The position numbers and the translations under genes are program-made. A stretch of DNA of 64,000 nucleotides from an uncultured Methanosarcinales archaeon (GTDB lineage: Archaea; Nanobdellota; Nanobdellia; Woesearchaeales; UBA583). The notes beneath the pieces were generated by a model. The model saw only the letters and a program-made list of their open reading frames with translations, had not been told where the DNA came from and did no database searches. Positions 39,242 to 48,795 of the stretch are shown one piece after another (position 1 is the first letter of the stretch; the number at the start of each line of letters is the position of its first letter). The stretch spans positions 10,393 to 74,392 of the forward strand of contig CAYGPK010000001.1 in assembly GCA_964351975.1 (NCBI GenBank), read 5' to 3'.

Positions 39242-40241
39242 TCTTAACTTTATATTTTAGTTTGTTATTTTCTTTTAGCTCTTTGATATTTTCTATTGTT
39301 GAGTCAAGTATTCTTTGTTTAGCTTCTTTAGAATTGAATGCATTGTGTGGTGTAAATATTACATTTGGCATTTTAAAAATTTCTTTATCACGAAAAATTT
39401 CAAATATCTTTTTTCTTGAATGAGAATTCATTATATCATCTTGCTCTTTAATAAGTTCTTCTCCTTCTATTACATCAAGCCCTGCTCCACCAACATGATT
39501 ATTTTTAAGTGCCGAATAAAGAGCATTTGTATCAATTAATGCTCCTCTTGCAGTATTAATTATTATAACTCCTTTTTTCATTTGAGATATTTTTTTATTA
39601 TCAATAAAGTGGTGTGTAAATTTGTTATATGGCATATGAAGTGATATTATATCTGAAGTTTTTAGTATTTCATCTAAACTAGCATAATCAAAATGAAGTA
39701 TTTCTGCTGTGAATTCATCTTTATTCAAATCAAATGCTTTAACGTGCATTCCAAATCCCTTAGCCATTCTAATTACATGCATTCCAATATGTCCAACACC
39801 TATTATTCCAAGTGTTTTATCTTTCAAATCAAAACCTTCTAATCCCTCATTTGAGAAATTTTCATTTTTACATCTATTATAAGATTCATGTACTTTTCTT
39901 GAGAGATTAAGTATTAGTGCAAATGTATGTTCTGCAACAGTATTTTCTCCATAAAATGGAACATTTCCTACTTCAATATTTCTATAAGAACAATAGGTTG
40001 TATCAATATGATCAAAACCAGTTGATCTTGTTATAATTCCTTTAAGTTTAGGAATTTGATTTATTATATCTTCAGAAACTTTAGAATATATAAAAACAGA
40101 AATTAAATCTACATCTAAAAATTTTTTAGGATTAACATTTTGAATTTCTTCTTCAAAAAATAAAATTTTAAATCCTTTTAATTGTTTTTTAACATAATCT
40201 TGTTCACTTTTGTTAATTTCAAAAAAAGCAATTTTCTTCAT
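39234..40241 (-). CDS. D-2-hydroxyacid (D-lactate-like) dehydrogenase
   Basis: RSTGFDHID, VAEH, GVGHIG, INTARG, TPHNAF. Confidence 0.92.
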   Translation of the reverse strand: MKKIAFFEINKSEQDYVKKQLKGFKILFFEEEIQNVNPKKFLDVDLISVFIYSKVSEDIINQIPKLKGIITRSTGFDHIDTTYCSYRNIEVGNVPFYGENTVAEHTFALILNLSRKVHESYNRCKNENFSNEGLEGFDLKDKTLGIIGVGHIGMHVIRMAKGFGMHVKAFDLNKDEFTAEILHFDYASLDEILKTSDIISLHMPYNKFTHHFIDNKKISQMKKGVIIINTARGALIDTNALYSALKNNHVGGAGLDVIEGEELIKEQDDIMNSHSRKKIFEIFRDKEIFKMPNVIFTPHNAFNSKEAKQRILDSTIENIKELKENNKLKYKVKIS

Positions 40242-40309
40242 AGTATATTTTTATTAATATAGTTTAAAACAATTTGTTGTTATATTATAAGGAAGAAAGA
40301 TATAAAGAA

Positions 40310-40393
40310 CGGCAGAACTGGGATTTGAACCCAGAAGTCCAAAGGACAGTGAGGTTCGAGCTCACCGAAATAACCTGATTATTCGATTCTGCC
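40310..40393 (-). tRNA. tRNA-Ser(CGA), no intron, CCA not encoded
   Basis: GGCAGAA/TTCTGCC acceptor + G; GTGAG-CTCGAAC-CTCAC anticodon arm; long variable arm GTCC-TTT-GGAC; CTGGG-TTCAAAT-CCCAG. Confidence 0.93.
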
Positions 40394-41086
40394 AAAAATA
40401 ATTTCTTTTAATTTTTGTTTTTTTCTACTATGATTAAATCCTATTTCTTTAAAATACTTTCTTACTGATTCCTTTCTCATAATAATTAAAATATAATTTG
40501 TTTTCCAATTGAAATTTTTCCTTTCATAAATATAAAGATTTGACTCAATTTCAAATTTTTTTAAAAGTTTTTTTATTAAAACCATACCATTTTTATTAAT
40601 TGTTTGGATTACTATTCTATCTTTTCCTACATATCCTTCACAATCATAAAAAGCTCTTAACCACTCTTTAAGATATTTTCTATTTATATAAATCCAATGT
40701 GGTATTGTCCAAGTTTCAGTTCCTAATTTACAATAAGAAAGTAAATCCAAACAAGCAGTTTTATTTCCAATAGTACAAATATAATAAGTTTTTACATCTC
40801 TAACATTTAATCTTTTAGTATATAAAAGTTCAAAACTATCTTGAAATGATTTTAACATCATTTTATCATCAGGCCAAAACTTTACCTCATAATGAATTAA
40901 ATTTGGATTAGTTACTTCGTGTCTAACTTTTATATGTCCATCTCCTGCAATATATCCTAAAATTTTTGAAGTATGAATTAATCTTGTTTTTTTATTTAAA
41001 CTTTCTAAATTATTAGTTACTTTTTCATGAATTTTACTCCAGTATTTAATAATTCTTTGTCTATTTATATTTGATTTGTTGTTAAT
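40379..41086 (-). mobile_element. Free-standing two-motif LAGLIDADG homing endonuclease-like ORF (start uncertain)
   Basis: Frame stays open 80 codons upstream of the tracked ATG (to 41101) and holds motif 1 ILGYIAGDG; motif 2 WLRAFYDCEG; C-terminal IGF...K. Confidence 0.8.
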
Positions 41087-41248
41087 TATAATAATTAGAA
41101 GTTATTTTAAATAATTTTCTTTATTAATTTTCAAAAAATTACTACTTTTTTAAATAATATTAAAATAATTTAGAAACTTTTCTTTTATAAACCTAGGAGA
41201 CCTTAATTTCTATTGGAACCCAAAAAAACAAAAGAATTGCAGTTTAAA

Positions 41249-41442
41249 TTTTGTCTAAACTAAATTAAGGCCTTTTTGTCTAAAAGGAGTGAAATTAGAC
41301 GTTTTTTAGAAGAATCTAAAACTTGTTTAAACTTTGTCTAAGTTATGTCTAAATACTAAAAACCACTTATTTTCCTAAAATTGGACATTATTAAACTTAA
41401 ATTTCTAATATCTAAAACTAAATTTAGACAAAATTTAGACTA
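41249..41442. repeat. Array of (TT)GTCTAA(A) repeats in both orientations
   Basis: Forward copies near 41251, 41276, 41334, 41346; reverse near 41295, 41423, 41434; further degenerate copies. Confidence 0.7.
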
Positions 41443-41741
41443 ATTTATTAATAATTGATATTAAGAATAATTAGAATCTATACTAAAAATAATTTTTAAT
41501 AAAATATATTATTTAATAGGTATTTTAATATTTAATAAGAATATTAATCTGTATAAATTTCCTTTGGAACTTTTATTTTTATTAAATATTGATTATGTTG
41601 TTGTTTATTTATTTATAATATTTAATTTTTTTCGATTTTAAGAATATTTTTTTAATAACAATATTAATAAATTGATTTATATTATATATAATATAATAAT
41701 TATATTATTGTTACTTACAGTAAGGTCACTTATAAATAAAA

Positions 41742-42272
41742 ATGAAGGATGTGTTTAGATTAGAATTGGATATGGAACAAAAGATGTGTAGCATTTGCAA
41801 AAAAAGTTCTAGTGAATATTGGAATATGCAATCACAAATAAGATTTAGATACTATGATGAAATATTGGATATAAAAGAAAAGGCATACAAATTATTAACG
41901 AAAGAGAATCTATCAATTAATAAACTTGAAGAAGTTGATAATGGTTTTGATATCTACTTTAGATCTAATTCTGAAATGAATAAAGTTACTTCTTTATTTA
42001 GTGATTTTCTTACTATTGAGAAAAGATCTAAAAAATTAATGGGAAGAGATCAATTAGCATCTAAAGATGTTTATAGATATAATCAAAGTATTACTTTACT
42101 TAATATTAGAGTTAAAGATCATATCTCTATTAAAGGAGAAGAATATTATATCAAAGCTATTAATAAAGGTGGAGTATTAGTACTTAGAGGCCTTGAAAAA
42201 GGTGAGAAGAAAGTTGTTTCTTATTCTATGGTAGAAGATTATTTTAAGTTATTAGAAAAAGAAGAAGATTAA
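41742..42272 (+). CDS. Short NMD3-related protein
   Basis: CSIC...Y....QIR, GFDIYF, SKKLMGRD....KDVYR. Confidence 0.75.
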   Translation: MKDVFRLELDMEQKMCSICKKSSSEYWNMQSQIRFRYYDEILDIKEKAYKLLTKENLSINKLEEVDNGFDIYFRSNSEMNKVTSLFSDFLTIEKRSKKLMGRDQLASKDVYRYNQSITLLNIRVKDHISIKGEEYYIKAINKGGVLVLRGLEKGEKKVVSYSMVEDYFKLLEKEED

Positions 42273-42441
42273 TATTAATTATATAATAATTTGATTTTTA
42301 TTTATTTCTTATTCTCAAATTTTTTAAATTTGGTTTGCAGATGAAATAAGGGGGTGTGGGTTATTTCTTATGGAAAATTTATTTTATTTTATTATTTACT
42401 ATTAAAGTATAATGATTAAACTTTAATATAGGTATTATTCA

Positions 42442-44055
42442 ATGTATAATATGAATAAAAAAGGTTTTTTGGCATTAGAATCTTTAACTAGTATTATTTT
42501 ATCTGTTATTGCTTTAGTTTTTTTATTTCAATTGTTCATTAATTTTTTTTTACAAACTCCAACAAATGAAAATATTGCTGAACAAAATGCAAAATCGATG
42601 AGTGATTTTGTTAATTATTTTACAACATCACCAGATTATAAAAATATGAATAATTGCTTTAATATATTAAAACTTGAAAAATTAACTAATTTTCAATTTT
42701 ATACAGATAACTACAAAGACAATTATGATTATATAATTGATAACAAAGCGATATATGTGGTAAAACATTCATCAAAAGAGCAAATTTTTATTTCAGGTGA
42801 ATATGAAAAATATAGAGTTGCAAAATTTCCTTTTGAAAAAGAAATGAAAATAGTTTATGATAATACAGATAACTGGGATTTAAATTGGATAACAAGTATT
42901 GGTTTAATAACTGATGAATTAACTTTAGAATTAGAGAATAAACCTTCTGAAAATAAATTTTACTATTTAGAACCTAATTTAGCATCAACAGGTGAAAAGA
43001 TTTTATCAGATATAGATTTTTTGAGTGATGAGACCAATAAATATAAGATTACTTTTATGGATAAAAAAAACTTACAAAAAGAGGATCTAAGTTTAGGTTC
43101 CTATTTGGTATATTCTAATAAATTTATTGGAAATAATTTTGATTTATCGAATTTTATTTTTGTTGTAAATAGTAAATATAGTTATCCACAAATTAGAAGT
43201 AAACTTTGTTCAAAAAAGTTAGTTTCTAAAATAGAAATAGAAAAAAACTATAAAAAAGATAGTGGCATTGGTATAGATTTTATCAATAAACATATTATTT
43301 TTGAACCAATTCTAAAACAAGATGGAACAAAAATTTACTTTGAATGGAAAAATGGCCCAGTTTGTTTAGAAAATAAAAATGAGGTTTGTTTAAATTATTT
43401 AGGACAAGATTATTTTAATCTAAAATATCAAGAATTTATTACTAAGATTAGAAATTTAGTTGGAAAAAATGAGTTTATAGGTCAAAGCTTGGTTGTTAAA
43501 GAAATAATAGAATTGGATTTTTCCCAAATTAAAGGCATTATTAATTTTGAAGAAGTTTTCATAGATAATAAAAAAGTTAAAGTTGGTTTAACTAGTAAAG
43601 AGAAAATAGATTTAAATATTTTTGATATTGATTCTAAGTTTGTTGGTTTTAGTTTTTGGAATAGAAATATAAATAATTGTGATGGTAATGAGGATTGTAA
43701 TGATATTTTGTATCAAAATCCTAATCTTTATTTTTTTATTGAATATACAAATTTAAATAAAGATACTATGGTATTTTATTCTTTTGAACAAGTTTTTTTA
43801 AGAAAAGAAAAAATTATGAATCAAGATAATAAATATAAACTTTATTTAGGAAACAAAGAAATTGATTATAAAATTATTTCTTCGGAAGGTTATAGTAAGG
43901 AAATACCATTATTTGAAAATGATGATCAAAATTTATACTTACTTGAATTAAATAATATAATTAAAAAAGATGGGGAATTCATGGATAAAGTTTCAGTTTT
44001 ATTATCACCTAGTCAGTTTATTTCAATTCCTGAAAAAGAGGATTTTAGAAAATGA
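42442..44055 (+). CDS. Large protein with class III (prepilin-type) signal peptide
   Basis: MNKKG|FLALE + hydrophobic helix. Confidence 0.7.
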   Translation: MYNMNKKGFLALESLTSIILSVIALVFLFQLFINFFLQTPTNENIAEQNAKSMSDFVNYFTTSPDYKNMNNCFNILKLEKLTNFQFYTDNYKDNYDYIIDNKAIYVVKHSSKEQIFISGEYEKYRVAKFPFEKEMKIVYDNTDNWDLNWITSIGLITDELTLELENKPSENKFYYLEPNLASTGEKILSDIDFLSDETNKYKITFMDKKNLQKEDLSLGSYLVYSNKFIGNNFDLSNFIFVVNSKYSYPQIRSKLCSKKLVSKIEIEKNYKKDSGIGIDFINKHIIFEPILKQDGTKIYFEWKNGPVCLENKNEVCLNYLGQDYFNLKYQEFITKIRNLVGKNEFIGQSLVVKEIIELDFSQIKGIINFEEVFIDNKKVKVGLTSKEKIDLNIFDIDSKFVGFSFWNRNINNCDGNEDCNDILYQNPNLYFFIEYTNLNKDTMVFYSFEQVFLRKEKIMNQDNKYKLYLGNKEIDYKIISSEGYSKEIPLFENDDQNLYLLELNNIIKKDGEFMDKVSVLLSPSQFISIPEKEDFRK

Positions 44056-45653
44056 TTACTAAAAATAAAAGAGCAAGTATACAATTTGTTTTAGTAACTA
44101 TGATTTTAATAATTATTAGTTTTTTTGTTTATTTAGGATTTTTTTCTATTGTTTTTTCGGATGTAGAAAGTGAAACTCAAATTTTATCTTGTCAATCTTT
44201 AGTTAAATTTAAAGATTCAAAAGTTGGAAAAATTGGAGAATATTTGAATGATTTAAATAATAAATGTTATGTTAATAAAGTAGAAATTAAAGGAGAATTA
44301 AAAGAAGATGAGATCTTTGAAGAATTTGTAGATCTTTCTTATTCTTGTTGGAGAAGATATGGTGAGGGAGAATATGATTTTTTAGAAACATATAAAGTTT
44401 CTGGAAATTATTGTTTTGTTTGCGGGGAGGTCGAATTTAAGTCTAATGAAATATTTTCATCTGAATATATTGATTTTATTGATTGGACTAAGAACAAAGA
44501 AAATGGTGTTATTCAAGTTGATGATAAAGAATTATCTTATTATGATGCAATAAATTTTAAGTTTGCAGATGTTGATTCTAGAGAGTTGATTGATCTAGAT
44601 GTACAAATTCAAGATTTAGGAAACTCAATTGACACTGAGGGATTAGGCTCGATTAGTGAATTACTTTTAGTTTTACAAGAGAAACACGAATCAATTTTAG
44701 ATTTGAGATTAAAGACAATTTCTTCAGATGAAAAATATTATATTACATATAGATTTGATAGACTTGATAAAAGCTTAGAAGAAAGACTTGAAGCAGCAGG
44801 AGATACGGCTACAAATTCAATGTTAGGAGGTGTTCTTGCATCTATGGCACTAGAATCAGCAATAATAGGGGGGGGAAGTTTTTTAACTTGTGCGGCAGGA
44901 GGAGCTGTAACTTTAGGAGCAACAACGTTAATATCTCCATTGTGTGGATTTTTTGGAGGTGTAATTGGTGCTGTAAAAGGAACAATTACAGGAGTTAAAA
45001 GTGCAGCTAAAATTTTACAAATTGGAAAAATTTCAAATAAAATTTCTGGAATGATTAAATATTCAAAAGTAGCTTCAAAGATAGAAAATTCTTTTGAAGT
45101 ATTAACAGTTTCAGGAAGAACAGTAAAAATTATAGAAAAAATAAATACTTTAAAAGTAACTAAAGTGGATCTAGTAGATTTGGCAGCAGAGGTAAGAAAG
45201 CAAGGTAATATAGAAGTTGCTGAAAAACTAGATAATTTAGTTGAATTGATGAGCGAATTTAATGTTGATAATATTGCTGATATAAGTAAGCAAATTAAAA
45301 ATAATGAAAAGACTAGAGAAAAACTTAGTAAAATGATGAACTCTAAAGATTTAGATATTACAGATCCTCTTCTTTGGAATTCTGTAAAAAAAGATATTGA
45401 TTTGGGTAATGAAATAGGAGATTTGAAAGCTTTACGAGAATTATCTTTAGAAGAATTAAATCAAATTAGAGCTGGAACAAAAGTAGATGAACCTATCGCA
45501 ACTATGACTTATTTAAGAGGAGTTGTTTTCTTAGGAGGAGCTGTGGTTGGTGGTTTAATTCCTTTAGATGAGCCAAGTAGACAATACGTTGACATTATGA
45601 CGCAAGAACAATACTATAGATTATGTGGAACAGAACCACAAAGTTTCAACTAG
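44052..45653 (+). CDS. Class III signal peptide protein with Gly-rich hydrophobic segments
   Basis: KNKRA|SIQF + TM; CW..YGEG and CFVC; long G/A-rich hydrophobic tract. Confidence 0.7.
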   Translation: MITKNKRASIQFVLVTMILIIISFFVYLGFFSIVFSDVESETQILSCQSLVKFKDSKVGKIGEYLNDLNNKCYVNKVEIKGELKEDEIFEEFVDLSYSCWRRYGEGEYDFLETYKVSGNYCFVCGEVEFKSNEIFSSEYIDFIDWTKNKENGVIQVDDKELSYYDAINFKFADVDSRELIDLDVQIQDLGNSIDTEGLGSISELLLVLQEKHESILDLRLKTISSDEKYYITYRFDRLDKSLEERLEAAGDTATNSMLGGVLASMALESAIIGGGSFLTCAAGGAVTLGATTLISPLCGFFGGVIGAVKGTITGVKSAAKILQIGKISNKISGMIKYSKVASKIENSFEVLTVSGRTVKIIEKINTLKVTKVDLVDLAAEVRKQGNIEVAEKLDNLVELMSEFNVDNIADISKQIKNNEKTREKLSKMMNSKDLDITDPLLWNSVKKDIDLGNEIGDLKALRELSLEELNQIRAGTKVDEPIATMTYLRGVVFLGGAVVGGLIPLDEPSRQYVDIMTQEQYYRLCGTEPQSFN

Positions 45654-45694
45654 TTACAGCAAATTTTTATAAACTTAATTTTTAATAATATATT

Positions 45695-45790
45695 ATGACT
45701 AAAAAAAATAAATTATATTTAACAATTGCAATTGTATCTTTTGTTATTTGGTTTGTTTTAGTTTTGTATTTATATTTTGGTATGAAGTAG
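45695..45790 (+). CDS. Small single-TM protein, 31 aa (MTKKNKLYLTIAIVSFVIWFVLVLYLYFGMK)
   Basis: TTTATAAA ~22 nt upstream; basic N-terminus plus one TM; just upstream of adk. Confidence 0.6.
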   Translation: MTKKNKLYLTIAIVSFVIWFVLVLYLYFGMK

Positions 45791-45802
45791 AGAAGAGATA
45801 AA

Positions 45803-46369
45803 ATGGTTAAAAAAATTGCAATAATTTTACTTGGTGCACCAGGTAGTGGGAAGGGAACACAAGGAGAAATTCTTGAGAAAAAGATTAATTATAAAAGATA
45901 TGTTATGAGCTCTTTTATTAAAGATGAATTAAAGAAAGGGAAGAAGTCCAATAAAAAATGGGCTAGTAATTACAGCGTTGAAGATGGAACTTTACTTTCC
46001 GATTCTGATATTTTTGAATTATTTCGTGAAAATTTTAATGGAGAAAAAGGGATTATTTTAGATGGGATTCCAAGAACTCTTGATCAATCTTATTGGCTTT
46101 ATGGATTTTTAAAAGAACATAAATATGATATAAAAGTTATTTTTTTAAATGTTGATGAAAAGAAATTGCTTGAGCGTATTTTAATTAGAGCTAAAAAATT
46201 AGGACGTGGAGATGACACTCCAGAGATATTTAAAGAAAGACTTAAAATTTATGATAGAGTTAAAGAAGTTATTTTAGAAGTTTATCATGAAAATATTTTA
46301 GAAGTTAATGGAGATCAAGATATTGATTTGGTTTCTAAAGAAATGTTTAAAGTATTAAAGGTTAAATAA
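45803..46369 (+). CDS. adk: Adenylate kinase, bacterial/short-LID type
   Basis: GAPGSGKGTQ, LDGIPRTLDQ, R.DD. Confidence 0.88.
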   Translation: MVKKIAIILLGAPGSGKGTQGEILEKKINYKRYVMSSFIKDELKKGKKSNKKWASNYSVEDGTLLSDSDIFELFRENFNGEKGIILDGIPRTLDQSYWLYGFLKEHKYDIKVIFLNVDEKKLLERILIRAKKLGRGDDTPEIFKERLKIYDRVKEVILEVYHENILEVNGDQDIDLVSKEMFKVLKVK

Positions 46370-46372
46370 AAA

Positions 46373-47152
46373 ATGAGATCATTTGCTTTATCAACAGGTT
46401 CTTCTGGAAATTGTTTTTATGTTGAGAGTAAAGAAGGAACTAAAATATTAATTGATTTAGGTTTAACTTATGCAAAAACTGATGAGCTTTTAGGAGAGAA
46501 AGGTATCGATATTAAAGAGATTGATGCAGTTTTTATAACACACGAACATAACGATCATATAACTGGACTTAAGACTTTTGCTAAAAGGGTAGAGTGTCCT
46601 ATTTATTTATCTAAAGGAACTTTTGAAGAATCGTCTGGAATGAAAATTAGTGAAAAATCAAAACAGTTCAATATTATTAAAAATCATGATAGTTTGATTG
46701 TTGGCGATTTTAAAGTTTTTTCTTTAAATAAATCTCATGATGCAATAGAAGCGCTTTCTTTTGTTTTTTATGATGGAGAGAAACGCCTTGGAGTTTTTAC
46801 TGATTTAGGGATGGTCTCAGATGAGATTAAGCATATATTAAAGACACTGGATGTTGTTTATTTTGAAGCAAATTATTGCGAGAACCATATTAAAAAAGTT
46901 AGAGATAATTACAGCCATATATATTTAAATCGTTTAATGTCTGATGTTGGACATTTGGGATTACATCAGAGTTGTGAAGCTCTAGGTGAAAGTTCTCATG
47001 ATATGCAAAAAATAATTATTTCTCACGTTTCTGAAAATACTAATTCTTATGAAAACGTTTATACAAGAGTTAAAGAGCATTTAGAAAATTTAGGAAAATT
47101 TCCTGAAATTTTAGTTGGTTTTCAAGGTGAACCAACAGATTGGATAGATTGA
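46373..47152 (+). CDS. MBL-fold metallohydrolase (YycJ/WalJ-like)
   Basis: GSSGN, THEHNDH, HDA, TDLG, EANY, GH. Confidence 0.88.
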   Translation: MRSFALSTGSSGNCFYVESKEGTKILIDLGLTYAKTDELLGEKGIDIKEIDAVFITHEHNDHITGLKTFAKRVECPIYLSKGTFEESSGMKISEKSKQFNIIKNHDSLIVGDFKVFSLNKSHDAIEALSFVFYDGEKRLGVFTDLGMVSDEIKHILKTLDVVYFEANYCENHIKKVRDNYSHIYLNRLMSDVGHLGLHQSCEALGESSHDMQKIIISHVSENTNSYENVYTRVKEHLENLGKFPEILVGFQGEPTDWID

Positions 47153-47273
47153 AGAATCTGAATGAGTAATTGCAAGAGGAGAGATTTTTTAGTAACTAGA
47201 TTTTAATTAATTTTGTGTGCCCTAAGATTTATAAAGTTTTAAGTATTATTATTTTTATTGAGGTATTTGTTTA

Positions 47274-48257
47274 ATGTTTATTAAAACTAAGAAAATAGGA
47301 GAAGAAGACTATTATTATTTAATTAAGTCGTATAGAATTGATGATAAAGTCTATCAAAAAAATGTAAAGTATTTGGGTAAAGTGTTACCCAATAAAGAAG
47401 ATTTAGAATTAATTAAAAATGAATTTACTGAAAAGAAGATTCAAAAAATTATACGCAGCGATTTAAGTTTTGAGCCTTATAAAGTTAGTTTAGAATTTCT
47501 AGATAAAATTGAAAAACTTAAAAGAAGATTTTTTAAAAATTTAAATTCTCTGGGAAATGCGAGTAGGTCTCAATTAATTAAAAGATTTAAAACAGGATAT
47601 ACATATCATTCATGTTCAATTGAAGGAAATACTTTGTCACGAGCCGAGGTTGATTTAGTTATTAACAAAAATCAATCAATTGATGGAAAGAAATTACTTG
47701 AATTACAAGAAGTTAGAAATCACAATAGGGCAATTGATTATATGATGAGTGAGAATTTTGATTTGTCAGAGGATTTTATTAAAAGATTACACGAAGTTTT
47801 GATGAAAGATGTTTTAGAATATATTGAGGATGATGAAGAATTTGTTATTGGGGGTTATCGCTGTGATATGAGATATATTGAAGGAGCAGATTTTATTCCG
47901 GTTAATCCTATTCAATTAGTTTATGAAATGAAAGACTTAGTCTCCTTCTATAAGAAAAATAAATATAAGATTCACCCAATAGAGCTTGCAAGTGAGTTTC
48001 ATTTGAGATTTGCAGTTATTCATCCTTTTTCAGATGGGAATGGAAGAATGGCAAGACTTCTTATGAATTTTATACTTGAGAGAAGTGGTTTTCCAATGAT
48101 TGACATTTCTGTTGAGAACAGGTCTGAATATATTAAAGCTCTTGATTCTAATGATAGTTTGAATTTGACAAAATTTATATATGGTCAATTAGAGAAGTAT
48201 GTAGATAGTTTGTTTAAAGAAATGGATGTTAATGAGAAAGTGGAGTTTATTACATAA
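47274..48257 (+). CDS. Fic-domain protein with internal autoinhibitory motif
   Basis: HPFSDGNGRMAR; SCSIEGN. Confidence 0.93.
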   Translation: MFIKTKKIGEEDYYYLIKSYRIDDKVYQKNVKYLGKVLPNKEDLELIKNEFTEKKIQKIIRSDLSFEPYKVSLEFLDKIEKLKRRFFKNLNSLGNASRSQLIKRFKTGYTYHSCSIEGNTLSRAEVDLVINKNQSIDGKKLLELQEVRNHNRAIDYMMSENFDLSEDFIKRLHEVLMKDVLEYIEDDEEFVIGGYRCDMRYIEGADFIPVNPIQLVYEMKDLVSFYKKNKYKIHPIELASEFHLRFAVIHPFSDGNGRMARLLMNFILERSGFPMIDISVENRSEYIKALDSNDSLNLTKFIYGQLEKYVDSLFKEMDVNEKVEFIT

Positions 48258-48271
48258 AATTTAATTAAAAA

Positions 48272-48760
48272 ATGATAATAGCAATTAGTGGAAGTGTTGG
48301 ATCTGGAAAAACTACTTTAGCAAAAGAGTTAGGAGATAAATTAAATTATGAAGTTGTTAATTTGAATGAGTTTGCTAAAGAATTTAAAATAGAAGATAAA
48401 GAGGAACTTCAAACTTTTGATTTTAATATTGATAAACTAGTTGCTAAGGTTAACAGACAAATAGTTGATGGAGATTTAAAAGATTGCGTTTTAGAAGGGC
48501 ATTTTGCTCATTTTTTGAATCCAGATTTAATAGATTACTTATTTGTTATTAATCGTGATTTGAAAGAGCTTGAGAAAGTCTATAAAGAAAGAAATTACAA
48601 CGAGCAAAAGATTAAAGATAATTTAGAAGTTGAAAGTTTTAATTTATGTTTTTATGAAGGTGTTGAGGAAGGTTTTAGAGAAGAAGAGCAAATTTTTTGT
48701 TTACAAAATAAAGGAAATATTAATGATTTAGTTAATGAAATAATTAGTAAAGTTAAATAG
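48272..48760 (+). CDS. AK6/Fap7-like archaeal nucleoside monophosphate kinase
   Basis: GSVGSGKTT, LEGH, RNY...KIKDNLE.E. Confidence 0.82.
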   Translation: MIIAISGSVGSGKTTLAKELGDKLNYEVVNLNEFAKEFKIEDKEELQTFDFNIDKLVAKVNRQIVDGDLKDCVLEGHFAHFLNPDLIDYLFVINRDLKELEKVYKERNYNEQKIKDNLEVESFNLCFYEGVEEGFREEEQIFCLQNKGNINDLVNEIISKVK

Positions 48761-48795
48761 AAACATTTAAATATTATTTTTATTGTAGTTAAATT

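Noticed and set aside
41249-41442. CRISPR array
   Set aside because: Units are 6-12 nt, irregularly spaced and in both orientations; no cas genes.
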